Position numbers and translations under genes: made by a program. Source: Candidatus Omnitrophica bacterium CG22_combo_CG10-13_8_21_14_all_43_16 (lineage in GTDB: Bacteria; Omnitrophota; Gorgyraeia; Gorgyraeales; Gorgyraeaceae). From it: a stretch of 51,536 bases of DNA. Shown one piece after another: positions 9,201 to 17,574 of this stretch. The DNA is taken from NCBI GenBank assembly GCA_002771475.1, contig PCTH01000078.1:1-51536 (forward strand). The letters run 5' to 3'. The notes beneath the pieces were generated by a model, which was not told the DNA's origin, ran no database searches, and saw only the letters and a list, made by a program, of their open reading frames with translations. Every line of letters starts with the position of its first letter. Positions within the stretch are counted from its first letter, which is position 1.

Positions 9201-9229
9201 ACTATATACTATCTGATAGTATTTGTCAA
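9201..9229 (-). promoter_or_regulatory. sigma70-like promoter with a palindromic operator in the spacer
   Basis: Minus strand reads TTGACA (9229-9224), a 17-nt spacer, then TATAGT (9206-9201). The spacer contains the perfect 6-1-6 palindrome ACTATC-A-GATAGT (9220-9208). Confidence 0.5.
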
Positions 9230-9303
9230 GGGCAGCTCAAAAAAATGGGGCAAGGGGCAAGAGACACTATATAAGGTAACTATTTGAAAATAAATAGGTT
9301 AGA

Positions 9304-11109
9304 CTATTCTTCTTTCCAGAATTTAAAAGGCCTCTTTTTCTCAAGGGTAGGCTTTATAACGCCTGTCTCGCTTATAGTCCAGGTCCTTTCTGCAGGGGTA
9401 GGGTCTATTTCATCTATATCTACTTTGGAATTCTTATTCACATCTTTCGCAGCTTGAATCTTAAAATAATGATTTCCGTCTTTCAGGTCTTTTTTGGACA
9501 CCGAGGTATCCTTAGACCAAATAGACCATTCCTCATCATCAAATTTCCACCTGAACACGCAATCATCTATAGTGCCTCTGAAAGTGAAAAGCGCCTCTTT
9601 TGACTTTGTTAACAGGCTCGGGCCGCTTGTGATTATGGTATCAGGCGCTATTATTATAAGTTCTATGGTATCGCTTAAGACCTCTGATTCGTTTCCTGCC
9701 GTATCTTTAAACTTTACGAAAACCTTACGCGTGCCGCTTATAGGAGTCAGCATCCAGTTTTCCTTTTTGGTCTTAAGCTGCTCCCATTGCTCGTTGTCAA
9801 AAACCCCATCGTTTGAAATCACCATGCTCGCTACTTCTGTAGTAGAATCGCTGGCGCCAAACACAAGATTGACATAAACAGAATTGGTAACGGCATCCTG
9901 ATTATTTATTATTATATAACCTGTCGGGCCTTCTGTATCAACAGTAAAGCTCCAGATAACCTGAGAGGTTTTATTGCCTACCAAATCAGCCACTTCAATG
10001 GATACCACATTGCTGCCTTCACTGAGAGGCGTAGACGGAATATAGACTATGCTCTGGCTGTTCTCATCATATGCAGCGTCCACGGTAGATTTATTTATCT
10101 TCATGCTGATAGCGTTCGGATCCACGCCGCTCTTATCGTCGCTGGCTGCTATTGTTATCGTAGGCCTGTCAGATGCGAGCATAGACCCCTTTGCAGGAGA
10201 ATAATTCCCTATAACAGGGCTTCCCCTGTCTATCCATAATTCATAAGAAGCCATCTCGCCCCAGTTGCCGGCTGAATTCTCAGACTTAAGATTAAACACC
10301 CTGACGCCGTCCCCCAGAAGATCAGAAGGGGTCTGGTAAAAAGTGCCTTGAGTGTCAGCCTTATTATCAGGTAGATCTCCCCAGGCATAACTATACCCTA
10401 TGGGCTTCACTCCGGTCACGGGATATTCCCATGACATATAAGGATCTCCGCATCCCTGCCATAATTTTGAAGGGATATCGCTGCCCCCTGGCGCAGACTG
10501 TGCCCATATAATAGGCATATCGACTTTGCCTGTTCCAAGTCTAAATCCGCTGGCAGCTGTTTCCCATCCTGAGTAATCATATCCATCGCTCACCCTAACG
10601 CGCCACTTATAGTCTATATAGCCTTCGGTAGTAGGGAGTATAGGCGTGGTGTAATGCTGGGAATTGGTTTTAATAATACCGGAATCAGCGTCCATTGTTT
10701 TAAAGTTATCCTTGGATATCTGCACCTGATAATAACGCTGAGGATCCTGATCCTTGTCTGTAACCGCCCATTTCAACGTAAGAGGATTATCAAACGTAGC
10801 CTGGCCGTCATTATATGCCAATATACTTATATCAGGGATAGCGTTTTGAGCGGGAAGCCACCCGCCGTATATTTTATAACTGGTGCCTGTGGCAACGTTG
10901 GTGCTTAATGGATAACCTATGCTATTTTCTGAGTTATAGCTCTTTGAAACCCCGCTCGAACCTCCTCCGTCTGCCAGAGCGGTATGCAGTTTATAATTTT
11001 TACTACTGGATATGCTGGCGTATACAAAACTTGAAAAAACAAAAAAGGCCGCTATAAAAAACACAACGGCCTTTGATATAAAATATCTTTCTGTTTTAAT
11101 CCAATACAT
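9304..11109 (-). CDS. exported Ig-like/beta-sandwich repeat protein (candidate adhesin)
   Basis: Start set at MYWIKTERYFISKAVVFFIAAFFVFSSFVYA (signal peptide). The first 20 codons of the track ORF run into the IS end and the direct repeat, so they are an artefact. It contains an Ig-like segment (SPVIGNYSPAKGSMLASDRPTITIAASDDKSGVDPNAISMKIN...WSFTVDTEGPTG). Confidence 0.6.
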   Translation of the reverse strand: MYWIKTERYFISKAVVFFIAAFFVFSSFVYASISSSKNYKLHTALADGGGSSGVSKSYNSENSIGYPLSTNVATGTSYKIYGGWLPAQNAIPDISILAYNDGQATFDNPLTLKWAVTDKDQDPQRYYQVQISKDNFKTMDADSGIIKTNSQHYTTPILPTTEGYIDYKWRVRVSDGYDYSGWETAASGFRLGTGKVDMPIIWAQSAPGGSDIPSKLWQGCGDPYMSWEYPVTGVKPIGYSYAWGDLPDNKADTQGTFYQTPSDLLGDGVRVFNLKSENSAGNWGEMASYELWIDRGSPVIGNYSPAKGSMLASDRPTITIAASDDKSGVDPNAISMKINKSTVDAAYDENSQSIVYIPSTPLSEGSNVVSIEVADLVGNKTSQVIWSFTVDTEGPTGYIIINNQDAVTNSVYVNLVFGASDSTTEVASMVISNDGVFDNEQWEQLKTKKENWMLTPISGTRKVFVKFKDTAGNESEVLSDTIELIIIAPDTIITSGPSLLTKSKEALFTFRGTIDDCVFRWKFDDEEWSIWSKDTSVSKKDLKDGNHYFKIQAAKDVNKNSKVDIDEIDPTPAERTWTISETGVIKPTLEKKRPFKFWKEE

Positions 11110-11146
11110 ATTTAAGTCAATTGTACTGCAAAAAAATAAAAAATCA

Positions 11147-11164
11147 AGGATAATTTTTGAGATT
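11147..11164. repeat. 18-bp direct repeat (left copy) flanking the IS: AGGATAATTTTTGAGATT
   Basis: Identical 18-mer at 12619-12636, immediately outside both IS termini. Confidence 0.85.
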
Positions 11165-12618
11165 GTCAAGCCAAATTAGAAATGTCCTATAGTTACCAAA
11201 ATAGAAATGTCCTATTTTTATGTTACAGTTAGTAGTAGTTCTTTTTCTTCTTGGGCGACTTCTTCTTTTTGTTGATACTGTGAATTATGTGGATAACGCT
11301 TCCTCCATGGATGATTGGCCGGAGGCACATATATCTTGTGCAGTTTGAATTCATAAGTCTTTTGTGTCTCCGTCTTCTCTGGCCTATTCGTTATCTCTTT
11401 ATACTTTAGCTCGCTGTCCTTATAGCGTATCACCATTGAGCCGTCAACGCGTTCCTCGATAAACACCTTTTTTGCCCTCACATTATCAAGTATCTGATAG
11501 AGTTTCTTATTATGCGCTACGGTGAAGTCGTTCCTGAGAGATCTTTCTGTTTTTATGCAGAGTATCCTGTCGAGGTCTATGCCCTTGGGTATAGGTCGAT
11601 GAAGATCTTCCATCTTAGACGCTTTTACAGCGAATCTTTTGGCATAGATAGGCAGATAATAGTCTAAAAAGTCATTTGCCTGGTCTATGGCGCATATATT
11701 CTCAAGCCTCATCTCTTTTATAAGGCGATCCTGGAAGGTTTCAAAGAGCCTCTCTATCCTTCCTTTGGCAGGAGCTGAATGGGCGTAGATAAACTCAACG
11801 CTCAATTCCTTAAGAGATCTACCGAACTGGCTTAACGCTTCCTGGTTTTTAAGCTCATCCTCTATAGTCAGCTTCTTGGTAGATTTATACGTCGAGTGCA
11901 TATCCAGATAAACACTTAGAGGAAGGCCGCGCTTCTTTATATACCGCTTAAAGCTATCCATGGCTGGGACAGTGCCCTCATATTCATAGAATCTACCAAA
12001 GGGTTTGCCGGTAGCGTCATCTATGTAGCCCATAAGGACACAGTAAGGGCCGCGGCCTTCAAACCAGTCATGCTCGGATCCATCCATCTGGACCATCTGG
12101 CCATAGCATTCTTTACGCTCACGCCACTGGCGGTGAGGCCTCTTTTTACGCTTTTTATATGGGATACTCTCGTCTATGAGCCAGAGGCGCAGTGTTTCAT
12201 CATTTACTTTTATTTTATCCCTTTCAAAGAGCTTCTCACTTGCCAATGTCGGGCCGAAATCCGGGTACTTATCTTTAAATAGCATTAAAACCTTGCTTCT
12301 TATTTTATCAGGCGTGGTTCTATTCGATGATACGCCTCGAGACCTATGGATTATACCCTTATCGCCTTCTTCCCTGATTCTTTTTACCTTCCTTCGTATC
12401 TGACGCTCGCTTAGATATATAGTCTCGCTAGCATCCTTTTGTGTAATAACCTTATCGATCGCCTTATGGATTACATGTAAAGCCCTTAACTCGTCCTGTG
12501 TAGCCATGATAATGTCCTTTCCAGCCATAATGACCTCCTTGTAAAGAGTGCATTATAGCATCTTTAGAATAGGACATTTCTAAATTGGTATAATAGGACA
12601 TTATCATTTTGGGATGAC
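11165..12618 (-). mobile_element. intact insertion sequence, ISNCY / IS1202-group-like, 1454 bp
   Basis: Terminal inverted repeats GTCAAGCCAAATTAGAAATGTCCTAT (11165-11190) and reverse complement GTCATCCCAAAATGATAATGTCCTAT (12618-12593) match at 20 of 26 positions. Each end has a second subterminal copy of ACCAA(A/T)(A/T)TAGAAATGTCCTATT. It has a single 436-aa DDE transposase ORF and 18-bp flanking direct repeats. Confidence 0.85.
11218..12528 (-). CDS. ISNCY-family (rve/DDE) transposase
   Basis: N-terminal HTH (LSERQIRRKVKRIREEGDKGIIHRSRG), then KYPDFGPTLASEKL, then the integrase core VQMDGSEHDWFEGRGPYCVLMGYIDDATG...VYLDMHSTYKS. A strong SD AAGGAGG lies 5 nt upstream. It resembles proteins I recall being annotated as ISNCY family. 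Confidence 0.8.
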   Translation of the reverse strand: MAGKDIIMATQDELRALHVIHKAIDKVITQKDASETIYLSERQIRRKVKRIREEGDKGIIHRSRGVSSNRTTPDKIRSKVLMLFKDKYPDFGPTLASEKLFERDKIKVNDETLRLWLIDESIPYKKRKKRPHRQWRERKECYGQMVQMDGSEHDWFEGRGPYCVLMGYIDDATGKPFGRFYEYEGTVPAMDSFKRYIKKRGLPLSVYLDMHSTYKSTKKLTIEDELKNQEALSQFGRSLKELSVEFIYAHSAPAKGRIERLFETFQDRLIKEMRLENICAIDQANDFLDYYLPIYAKRFAVKASKMEDLHRPIPKGIDLDRILCIKTERSLRNDFTVAHNKKLYQILDNVRAKKVFIEERVDGSMVIRYKDSELKYKEITNRPEKTETQKTYEFKLHKIYVPPANHPWRKRYPHNSQYQQKEEVAQEEKELLLTVT

Positions 12619-12636
12619 AGGATAATTTTTGAGATT
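12619..12636. repeat. 18-bp direct repeat (right copy) flanking the IS
   Basis: AGGATAATTTTTGAGATT, identical to 11147-11164. Confidence 0.85.
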
Positions 12637-12640
12637 AATT

Positions 12641-12672
12641 GGGAGTCCGTCCGACTAGGCGGACGGACTCCC
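12641..12672 (-). terminator. GC-rich hairpin 8 nt after the GspK-like stop codon
   Basis: GGGAGTCCGTCCG-actagg-CGGACGGACTCCC is a perfect 13-bp stem. The downstream tract is only moderately U-rich, so function as an intrinsic terminator is uncertain. Confidence 0.5.
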
Positions 12673-12680
12673 ATCATGCT

Positions 12681-15600
12681 TTATCGCTCGAAGACCACCC
12701 AGATCTTCTTTTCAGCCAGGACCTTGCCTTTTTCCAGAGCCTGGCCCGTGACTATAATCCTGTAACAATCAGAGTGGACTGTAATAAGATTGGAAATCTG
12801 CCTGAACCTGTTTTTCTTATCCGTATCAGTTGAGCCTAACACCTGGGTGGTGATAAGGTCGCCTATGCCCATGTTAAGACTAGCTTTATTCCCAAAAACC
12901 CTGTTATTTATAATGTTATCTGCTAAGACATCATCTATGCCCGGTAAAGTAGTTAAAACTCTCTTAGAAGCTGTATTTATATTTATCCTGCCGTATAAAT
13001 TATTTGCAGGATCCAGTCTTATAAAATCAAAATGAGCAGCGCCTGTATCCGAACTGTTCTTTATTTTTATTTCCAGTACCCTGCTGGGGGTAGAAACAAC
13101 ACTCCCGGTACCTATTTCTATATTACCAAAATTAATCCCCTTGTCAGGGCCAGGGGTAAGGGCAGGCGTAAAAGGTGTCCATGTATCATCCTCCAGATGT
13201 ACTGAAATTGCTATTGCCTCGCTTTCTTCACCGAATATTTTTAATTTATAATATCCGTTTTTCAAACCATCCGCTACATCCCATTTCCATGTCCCTATGT
13301 CATCCAGCTTTCCGTTTTCGCACCAGTCTGTAAAAGGAGCTGCTCTCTGCACAACCTTCCAATGCCCTTCAGAATCTTTTACAATTTTATTTTCCGCTTC
13401 CAGCCTTATGCCGGATATGGTAAGCCTGTCTGCGATCTTCGCAACATCCTCTATGGGAATGTTCTTCCAATCGTCTGTACTGACAGGAATGAAAAAAATC
13501 TCCCCAACGGAAGAAAAATTTTTATTCTTTACGTTGACCTCAGTATCATAATGCTCTATTATTTCCTCTCCTATCTTTTCTCTCATCCCGTCATTATAAT
13601 TAGGCAGACCAGGCGTAGCGCCTTTTTTCGCAGTAGATAAATACCAATTATCAGGTACGCCATTGTTATTCGAATCTATTATGAAACTCGGGTCTGATTT
13701 TTCCAAGGCCTTATAATCAGCTACATTGCCGCTGAGATACTCCTGTCTATCCACAATATGGCCCATAGAATCTTTAAGCGTGATGATATTGCCTCCCATA
13801 AAAGCAGTATCGCTTAAAAGATCTGAATTAGGGCTTATCGATCTTAAAAAATGCAGGGCTGCAGACTTTTCCTTTCCCCATATTGATATAAAAGAAATCC
13901 CGTTACTGCTTATCCCTGCCTGGCTATCGTCTTTATCAATAGCTAATACAAGGTGCTCATGCGGACCTATCGCGGTTCCAAGGGGAATAGTTGCCGGCCA
14001 GCCTTCTTTGCTGGGGCCTTCCAGAGTCCATCCGCTCAGATTAACATCCCTTGGAGTAAGATTTATAAGCTCTATATATTCCCCGTCAGGCGATTGGCTC
14101 AGTTCTATTAATTTAAAATATGTAGATCCGGTTTGCCGGTTGTTCTCTATCCTTATAGTAAGTTTCCCGCCCGAAACAGTAACCGCTTTGCCGCCGCCGA
14201 ACAATTCCCCGTCTTTGATGCTTTCCGAATGAGTACCGCTTATTTCCACATCTCCTACCTCCTGATCAGCTATGCCGCTAAATAACCTGATATAATATTT
14301 TCCATTCGGCACATCCTTCCATGTCCATTCCCCCTCTCCTAGCTTTCCGCCCTTTGGTTCGTTGTTCTGATAATATGAATTCTGCCACGTCCAGTCTCCG
14401 CCAGGCACCTGACCGCTGAAAGTGTTTCTGGAAATAACAGGCCTTACCATTATCTCGTTTATCCTGATGCCTTCTACACCTCTTATTTCGCTCGAACTGA
14501 AATTCTTCTGCCCCGTCCTTGGATACAATTCAAGATAGGAAAAATAACAAACAGCACCGGTACTATTCTTGATAGAAAGATTCAAGATCTTATTATCAAA
14601 CGAAACCGCCCCTATCCTCAACAGCTCCCCATGTTTCACGTAATTCTGGGTCATGCCGTTTACAGTGACATCGCCTACCAGTTCATCTTTTATGCCAAAC
14701 ACGCCTATGTAATATTCGCCTTCCGGAAGATTGCTCCAGGTAATTGTAAACGGCTTACCATTTTCCACGTCACTCTGGTACGAACTCCCCTTCCATATCC
14801 AGTCTCCCATGTTGCCTCTATTAATCGCCATAAGCCTGGTATATAATTTTGGTATAACACTCTGGCTAAAATCGTCATCGCACGCGTCTATTATATTGAC
14901 TGCTTTCTGGAATGGATCGCTTACGCCCGCGTCTTCAAGTAATACACTAAGAGTCTGGGCGTCCAGGGTATTGATATTATTCTTTAATCTATCCTGGGCA
15001 TCCGTATTCCTATCAACCGAATAAGTAGTTATGTAAGGATATAATTTATAAAGTTCCTGCTTTGAGATAGATTTTATTTTAGTTATCTCAAAAGGCGTTT
15101 CAAACGCCCTGTCATCCCCGCGAAGATTAAACGGATCGTATTCCATGGGCTCGTCTATGCCTTCGCTCGCTTCATCTATGATACCGTTTGAATTATTGTC
15201 TATGCCGTCGGAATCCAGTATCCTCTGATTATGGTTATCATCTACGCCCATTTCTCCCGGCTGACCATCAGACCCGTATCTGAAACTAAGGATATCTTCA
15301 TAAACTTCATCAGGATCTTTTAAACCTGAAGAATTTATAAATTTTTGCAGATCCAGCTCATACGGGGTCCATCCTTCCGTAACCTTTAAAGGCGAAAGAT
15401 TATGCTTATAGGCTACATTAATATCCATAAAACCCGTTTCATCCCTGACCAGGACAGCGTACCTTCCTATTGTCTCGCCCTGGTCATTGTAAACATTAAT
15501 CCATTTTGAATCAGGCTGGCCGTCACCGTCATTATCAACATCGCTGCCTGTAAAAACAGTATGCCATTTATCTTCAAAACTATCTATATTTCTTGGGTCT

Positions 15601-15788
15601 TCTTTTAAAATCTGCTGCGCGTATGTGACGCCTGCCTGGCTAAGGTAGGATGCCCTGGTGGCTTCCAGATAATTAGCCGCGGCCTTTAATTCCAGCCTCA
15701 TTGTAAATGCAAACGATATCGCCATGATGCCGGCGACAGCCAGGACGCTTACTACAAGTATTAATGCAACGCCTTTATCTTTCCTCAT
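12681..15788 (-). CDS. giant GspK-like minor pseudopilin with lamin-tail-domain-like inserts
   Basis: N-terminal hydrophobic segment KGVALILVVSVLAVAGIMAISFAF. GspK-type motif VLVRDETGFMDINV. Acidic run DSDGIDNNSNGIIDEASEGIDEP. C-terminal helix-hairpin-helix ININTASKRVLTTLPGIDDVLADNII. The inserts carry LTD-like motifs (GIRINEIMVRP; GEYIELINLTPRDVNLSGWTLEG). Confidence 0.7.
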   Translation of the reverse strand: MRKDKGVALILVVSVLAVAGIMAISFAFTMRLELKAAANYLEATRASYLSQAGVTYAQQILKEDPRNIDSFEDKWHTVFTGSDVDNDGDGQPDSKWINVYNDQGETIGRYAVLVRDETGFMDINVAYKHNLSPLKVTEGWTPYELDLQKFINSSGLKDPDEVYEDILSFRYGSDGQPGEMGVDDNHNQRILDSDGIDNNSNGIIDEASEGIDEPMEYDPFNLRGDDRAFETPFEITKIKSISKQELYKLYPYITTYSVDRNTDAQDRLKNNINTLDAQTLSVLLEDAGVSDPFQKAVNIIDACDDDFSQSVIPKLYTRLMAINRGNMGDWIWKGSSYQSDVENGKPFTITWSNLPEGEYYIGVFGIKDELVGDVTVNGMTQNYVKHGELLRIGAVSFDNKILNLSIKNSTGAVCYFSYLELYPRTGQKNFSSSEIRGVEGIRINEIMVRPVISRNTFSGQVPGGDWTWQNSYYQNNEPKGGKLGEGEWTWKDVPNGKYYIRLFSGIADQEVGDVEISGTHSESIKDGELFGGGKAVTVSGGKLTIRIENNRQTGSTYFKLIELSQSPDGEYIELINLTPRDVNLSGWTLEGPSKEGWPATIPLGTAIGPHEHLVLAIDKDDSQAGISSNGISFISIWGKEKSAALHFLRSISPNSDLLSDTAFMGGNIITLKDSMGHIVDRQEYLSGNVADYKALEKSDPSFIIDSNNNGVPDNWYLSTAKKGATPGLPNYNDGMREKIGEEIIEHYDTEVNVKNKNFSSVGEIFFIPVSTDDWKNIPIEDVAKIADRLTISGIRLEAENKIVKDSEGHWKVVQRAAPFTDWCENGKLDDIGTWKWDVADGLKNGYYKLKIFGEESEAIAISVHLEDDTWTPFTPALTPGPDKGINFGNIEIGTGSVVSTPSRVLEIKIKNSSDTGAAHFDFIRLDPANNLYGRININTASKRVLTTLPGIDDVLADNIINNRVFGNKASLNMGIGDLITTQVLGSTDTDKKNRFRQISNLITVHSDCYRIIVTGQALEKGKVLAEKKIWVVFER

Positions 15789-15806
15789 TCTCCCTCATTT
15801 TCCCCT

Positions 15807-15835
15807 ATTATACAAAGCGTCCTTAAGATTTGCAA
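15807..15835 (-). promoter_or_regulatory. sigma70-like promoter of the GspK-like gene
   Basis: Minus strand reads TTGCAA (15835-15830), a 17-nt spacer, then TATAAT (15812-15807). The SD GAGGGAGA precedes ATG 15788. Confidence 0.5.
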
Positions 15836-15868
15836 ATAAAAAACCCCGTCCGCCTAAGGCGGACGGGG
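15832..15868 (-). terminator. rho-independent terminator of the upstream membrane-protein gene
   Basis: CCCCGTCCGCC-tta-GGCGGACGGGG (11-bp stem, 15868-15844) is followed on the minus strand by TTTTTTATTTGC. Confidence 0.75.
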
Positions 15869-15898
15869 CGCAAACAAACTAAAAAATTATGCATGCAC

Positions 15899-16573
15899 TT
15901 ATTTGATTTTCAGTTTCTCCACTAAATCATGCATAAGCTTCCCGGCAATATCCTTTGAACCAAGGCCTACCGCAAGCGCAATCGCCAGTCCTGCAGCTGC
16001 GAGTATTACCGTAACAGTTGTATTCAATATTGCAGTGGCTATATTCAGCTGTTCAAGCGTCATGATGGCCGCAAATATCACTATTACTGTCTGTGTTACC
16101 TGGCTCATTAATTTTGCCTGTTTCATCCCGGCATTTACGCAAGTAGTCATCACGATCGAGCCTATAACACTTGCGAAAAATATACCGAGGGAAATTATAA
16201 AGATAGCTGCGATAACATTCGGTATGTAAAGTATAACCTTATCCAATAAGCCGGCTACAACTGTCATGCCAAGGGCATTCATGGCAGCCATGAATACTAA
16301 GAGCATTACCACCCAATAGATAAGCCCGCCCATTAATTCTGAAAGAGTGTTCTTTATGCCTCCCTTTCTCAGGACATCAGCAAGCCCTGATTTTTCGCTG
16401 GCAGTATCAAACTGTATCGCCTTCAACAGTTTTATCACTATATTCTTCAGAACCGCAGCTATAATCCACCCTACTATAAGTATAACAATTATACCTATTA
16501 AAGTAGGCAGGAATGTGGCCGCTCTCACCAGCATGGCTTTCACTGGTTCAATTACGATTGCGTTCCAATCCAT
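15899..16573 (-). CDS. multi-pass membrane protein (conserved-TM-helix / MscS-like small membrane protein, tentative)
   Basis: Several TM helices (FLPTLIGIIVILIVGWIIAAVL, LIYWVVMLLVFMAAMNALG, IAAIFIISLGIFFASVIGSIV, ...). I moved the start to ATG 16573 (MDWNAI), which has AAAGGGGGG 7 nt upstream. Confidence 0.5.
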   Translation of the reverse strand: MDWNAIVIEPVKAMLVRAATFLPTLIGIIVILIVGWIIAAVLKNIVIKLLKAIQFDTASEKSGLADVLRKGGIKNTLSELMGGLIYWVVMLLVFMAAMNALGMTVVAGLLDKVILYIPNVIAAIFIISLGIFFASVIGSIVMTTCVNAGMKQAKLMSQVTQTVIVIFAAIMTLEQLNIATAILNTTVTVILAAAGLAIALAVGLGSKDIAGKLMHDLVEKLKIK

Positions 16574-16690
16574 ACACATACCCCCCTTTCTACATTCGCC
16601 CGCCACAGAAAAAATAGCAGGCTCAGTATTTCGCCCAAAGAACCCTTGTTTTAAGCCTATTAGAAACGGGCTTCATTTTCTAAATAATAA

Positions 16691-16719
16691 AGTATATCCT
16701 ATGATTGCGATATCGTCAA
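16691..16719 (-). promoter_or_regulatory. sigma70-like promoter for 15899-16573
   Basis: Minus strand reads TTGACG (16719-16714), a 17-nt spacer, then TATACT (16696-16691). This leaves a leader of about 115 nt. Confidence 0.4.
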
Positions 16720-16732
16720 GGGTAGGCGCGAT

Positions 16733-17488
16733 TTACTTCTTTGGTTTTCCCTGGTCTGCAACAGACGCTATAGCTCGTTGGATCTTTTCCTGGTCGCCTA
16801 GATAATAATGCTTCAAAGGCTTCAGGTCTTTGGTAAGCTCATAAACAAGCGGAATGCCTGTGGGTATGTTTAACTTTACTATCTCTTCTTCCGATATATT
16901 GTCTAAATATTTTACAAGCGCTCTTAAGCTATTTCCGTGAGCGGCTATAATAACCTTTTTCCCGGACTTAAGGCTGGGGGAAATTGTTTCTCTCCAATAC
17001 GGTATAACCCTTGCCACTGTTTCTTTTAAACTTTCGGTCAAAGGAATGTCTTTTTCAGCCAGCCCTTTATATATCGGGTCATTCCCGGGATACCGCTCGT
17101 CTTTTTTATCAAGAGGTTTCGGAGGAATATCGTAACTCCTTCTCCAGATAAGCACCTGCTCTTCCCCGAATTCTTTAGCCATTTCTGATTTATTAAGGCC
17201 TTGCAAGGCTCCGTAATGCCTTTCGTTCAACCGCCATGAGTTATATATAGGTATCCACATCAGATCCATCTCATCCAGGACAAACCACAACGTCCTTATG
17301 GCTCTTTTAAGAACAGATGTATATGCCGCGTCAAACGCATATCCTTCTTTTTTTAAAACCCTTCCGGCTTCTTTCGCCTCGCTCATGCCTTTCTCAGACA
17401 AGTCAACATCTGTCCAGCCGGTAAATTTATTCTCTTTATTCCAAACGCTCTCTCCGTGCCTTAAAAGCACCAGGCGCATATTTGCCAT
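16733..17488 (-). CDS. gpmA: 2,3-bisphosphoglycerate-dependent phosphoglycerate mutase
   Basis: [29 protein letters not shown] is the RHGE active-site motif. Also [16 protein letters not shown]. Full-length dPGM architecture. Confidence 0.92.
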   Translation of the reverse strand: MANMRLVLLRHGESVWNKENKFTGWTDVDLSEKGMSEAKEAGRVLKKEGYAFDAAYTSVLKRAIRTLWFVLDEMDLMWIPIYNSWRLNERHYGALQGLNKSEMAKEFGEEQVLIWRRSYDIPPKPLDKKDERYPGNDPIYKGLAEKDIPLTESLKETVARVIPYWRETISPSLKSGKKVIIAAHGNSLRALVKYLDNISEEEIVKLNIPTGIPLVYELTKDLKPLKHYYLGDQEKIQRAIASVADQGKPKK

Positions 17489-17520
17489 ATCTTTGACTCT
17501 CCTATTTTTCTACCTGATTT

Positions 17521-17549
17521 AATATACACTACTTGATTTGAAAAATCAA
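17521..17549 (-). promoter_or_regulatory. candidate gpmA promoter
   Basis: Minus strand reads TTGATT (17549-17544), a 17-nt spacer, then TATATT (17526-17521). The SD AGGAGAG precedes the ATG. Confidence 0.35.
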
Positions 17550-17574
17550 AAGAAATATTTGTTTGACAGCGGGA

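Noticed and set aside
11110-11169. N-terminal 20 codons (MTISKIILDFLFFCSTIDLN) of the 621-aa track ORF.
   Set aside because: This stretch is read from the IS terminus, the 18-bp direct repeat and native upstream DNA. The internal Met at 11109 gives a proper signal peptide.
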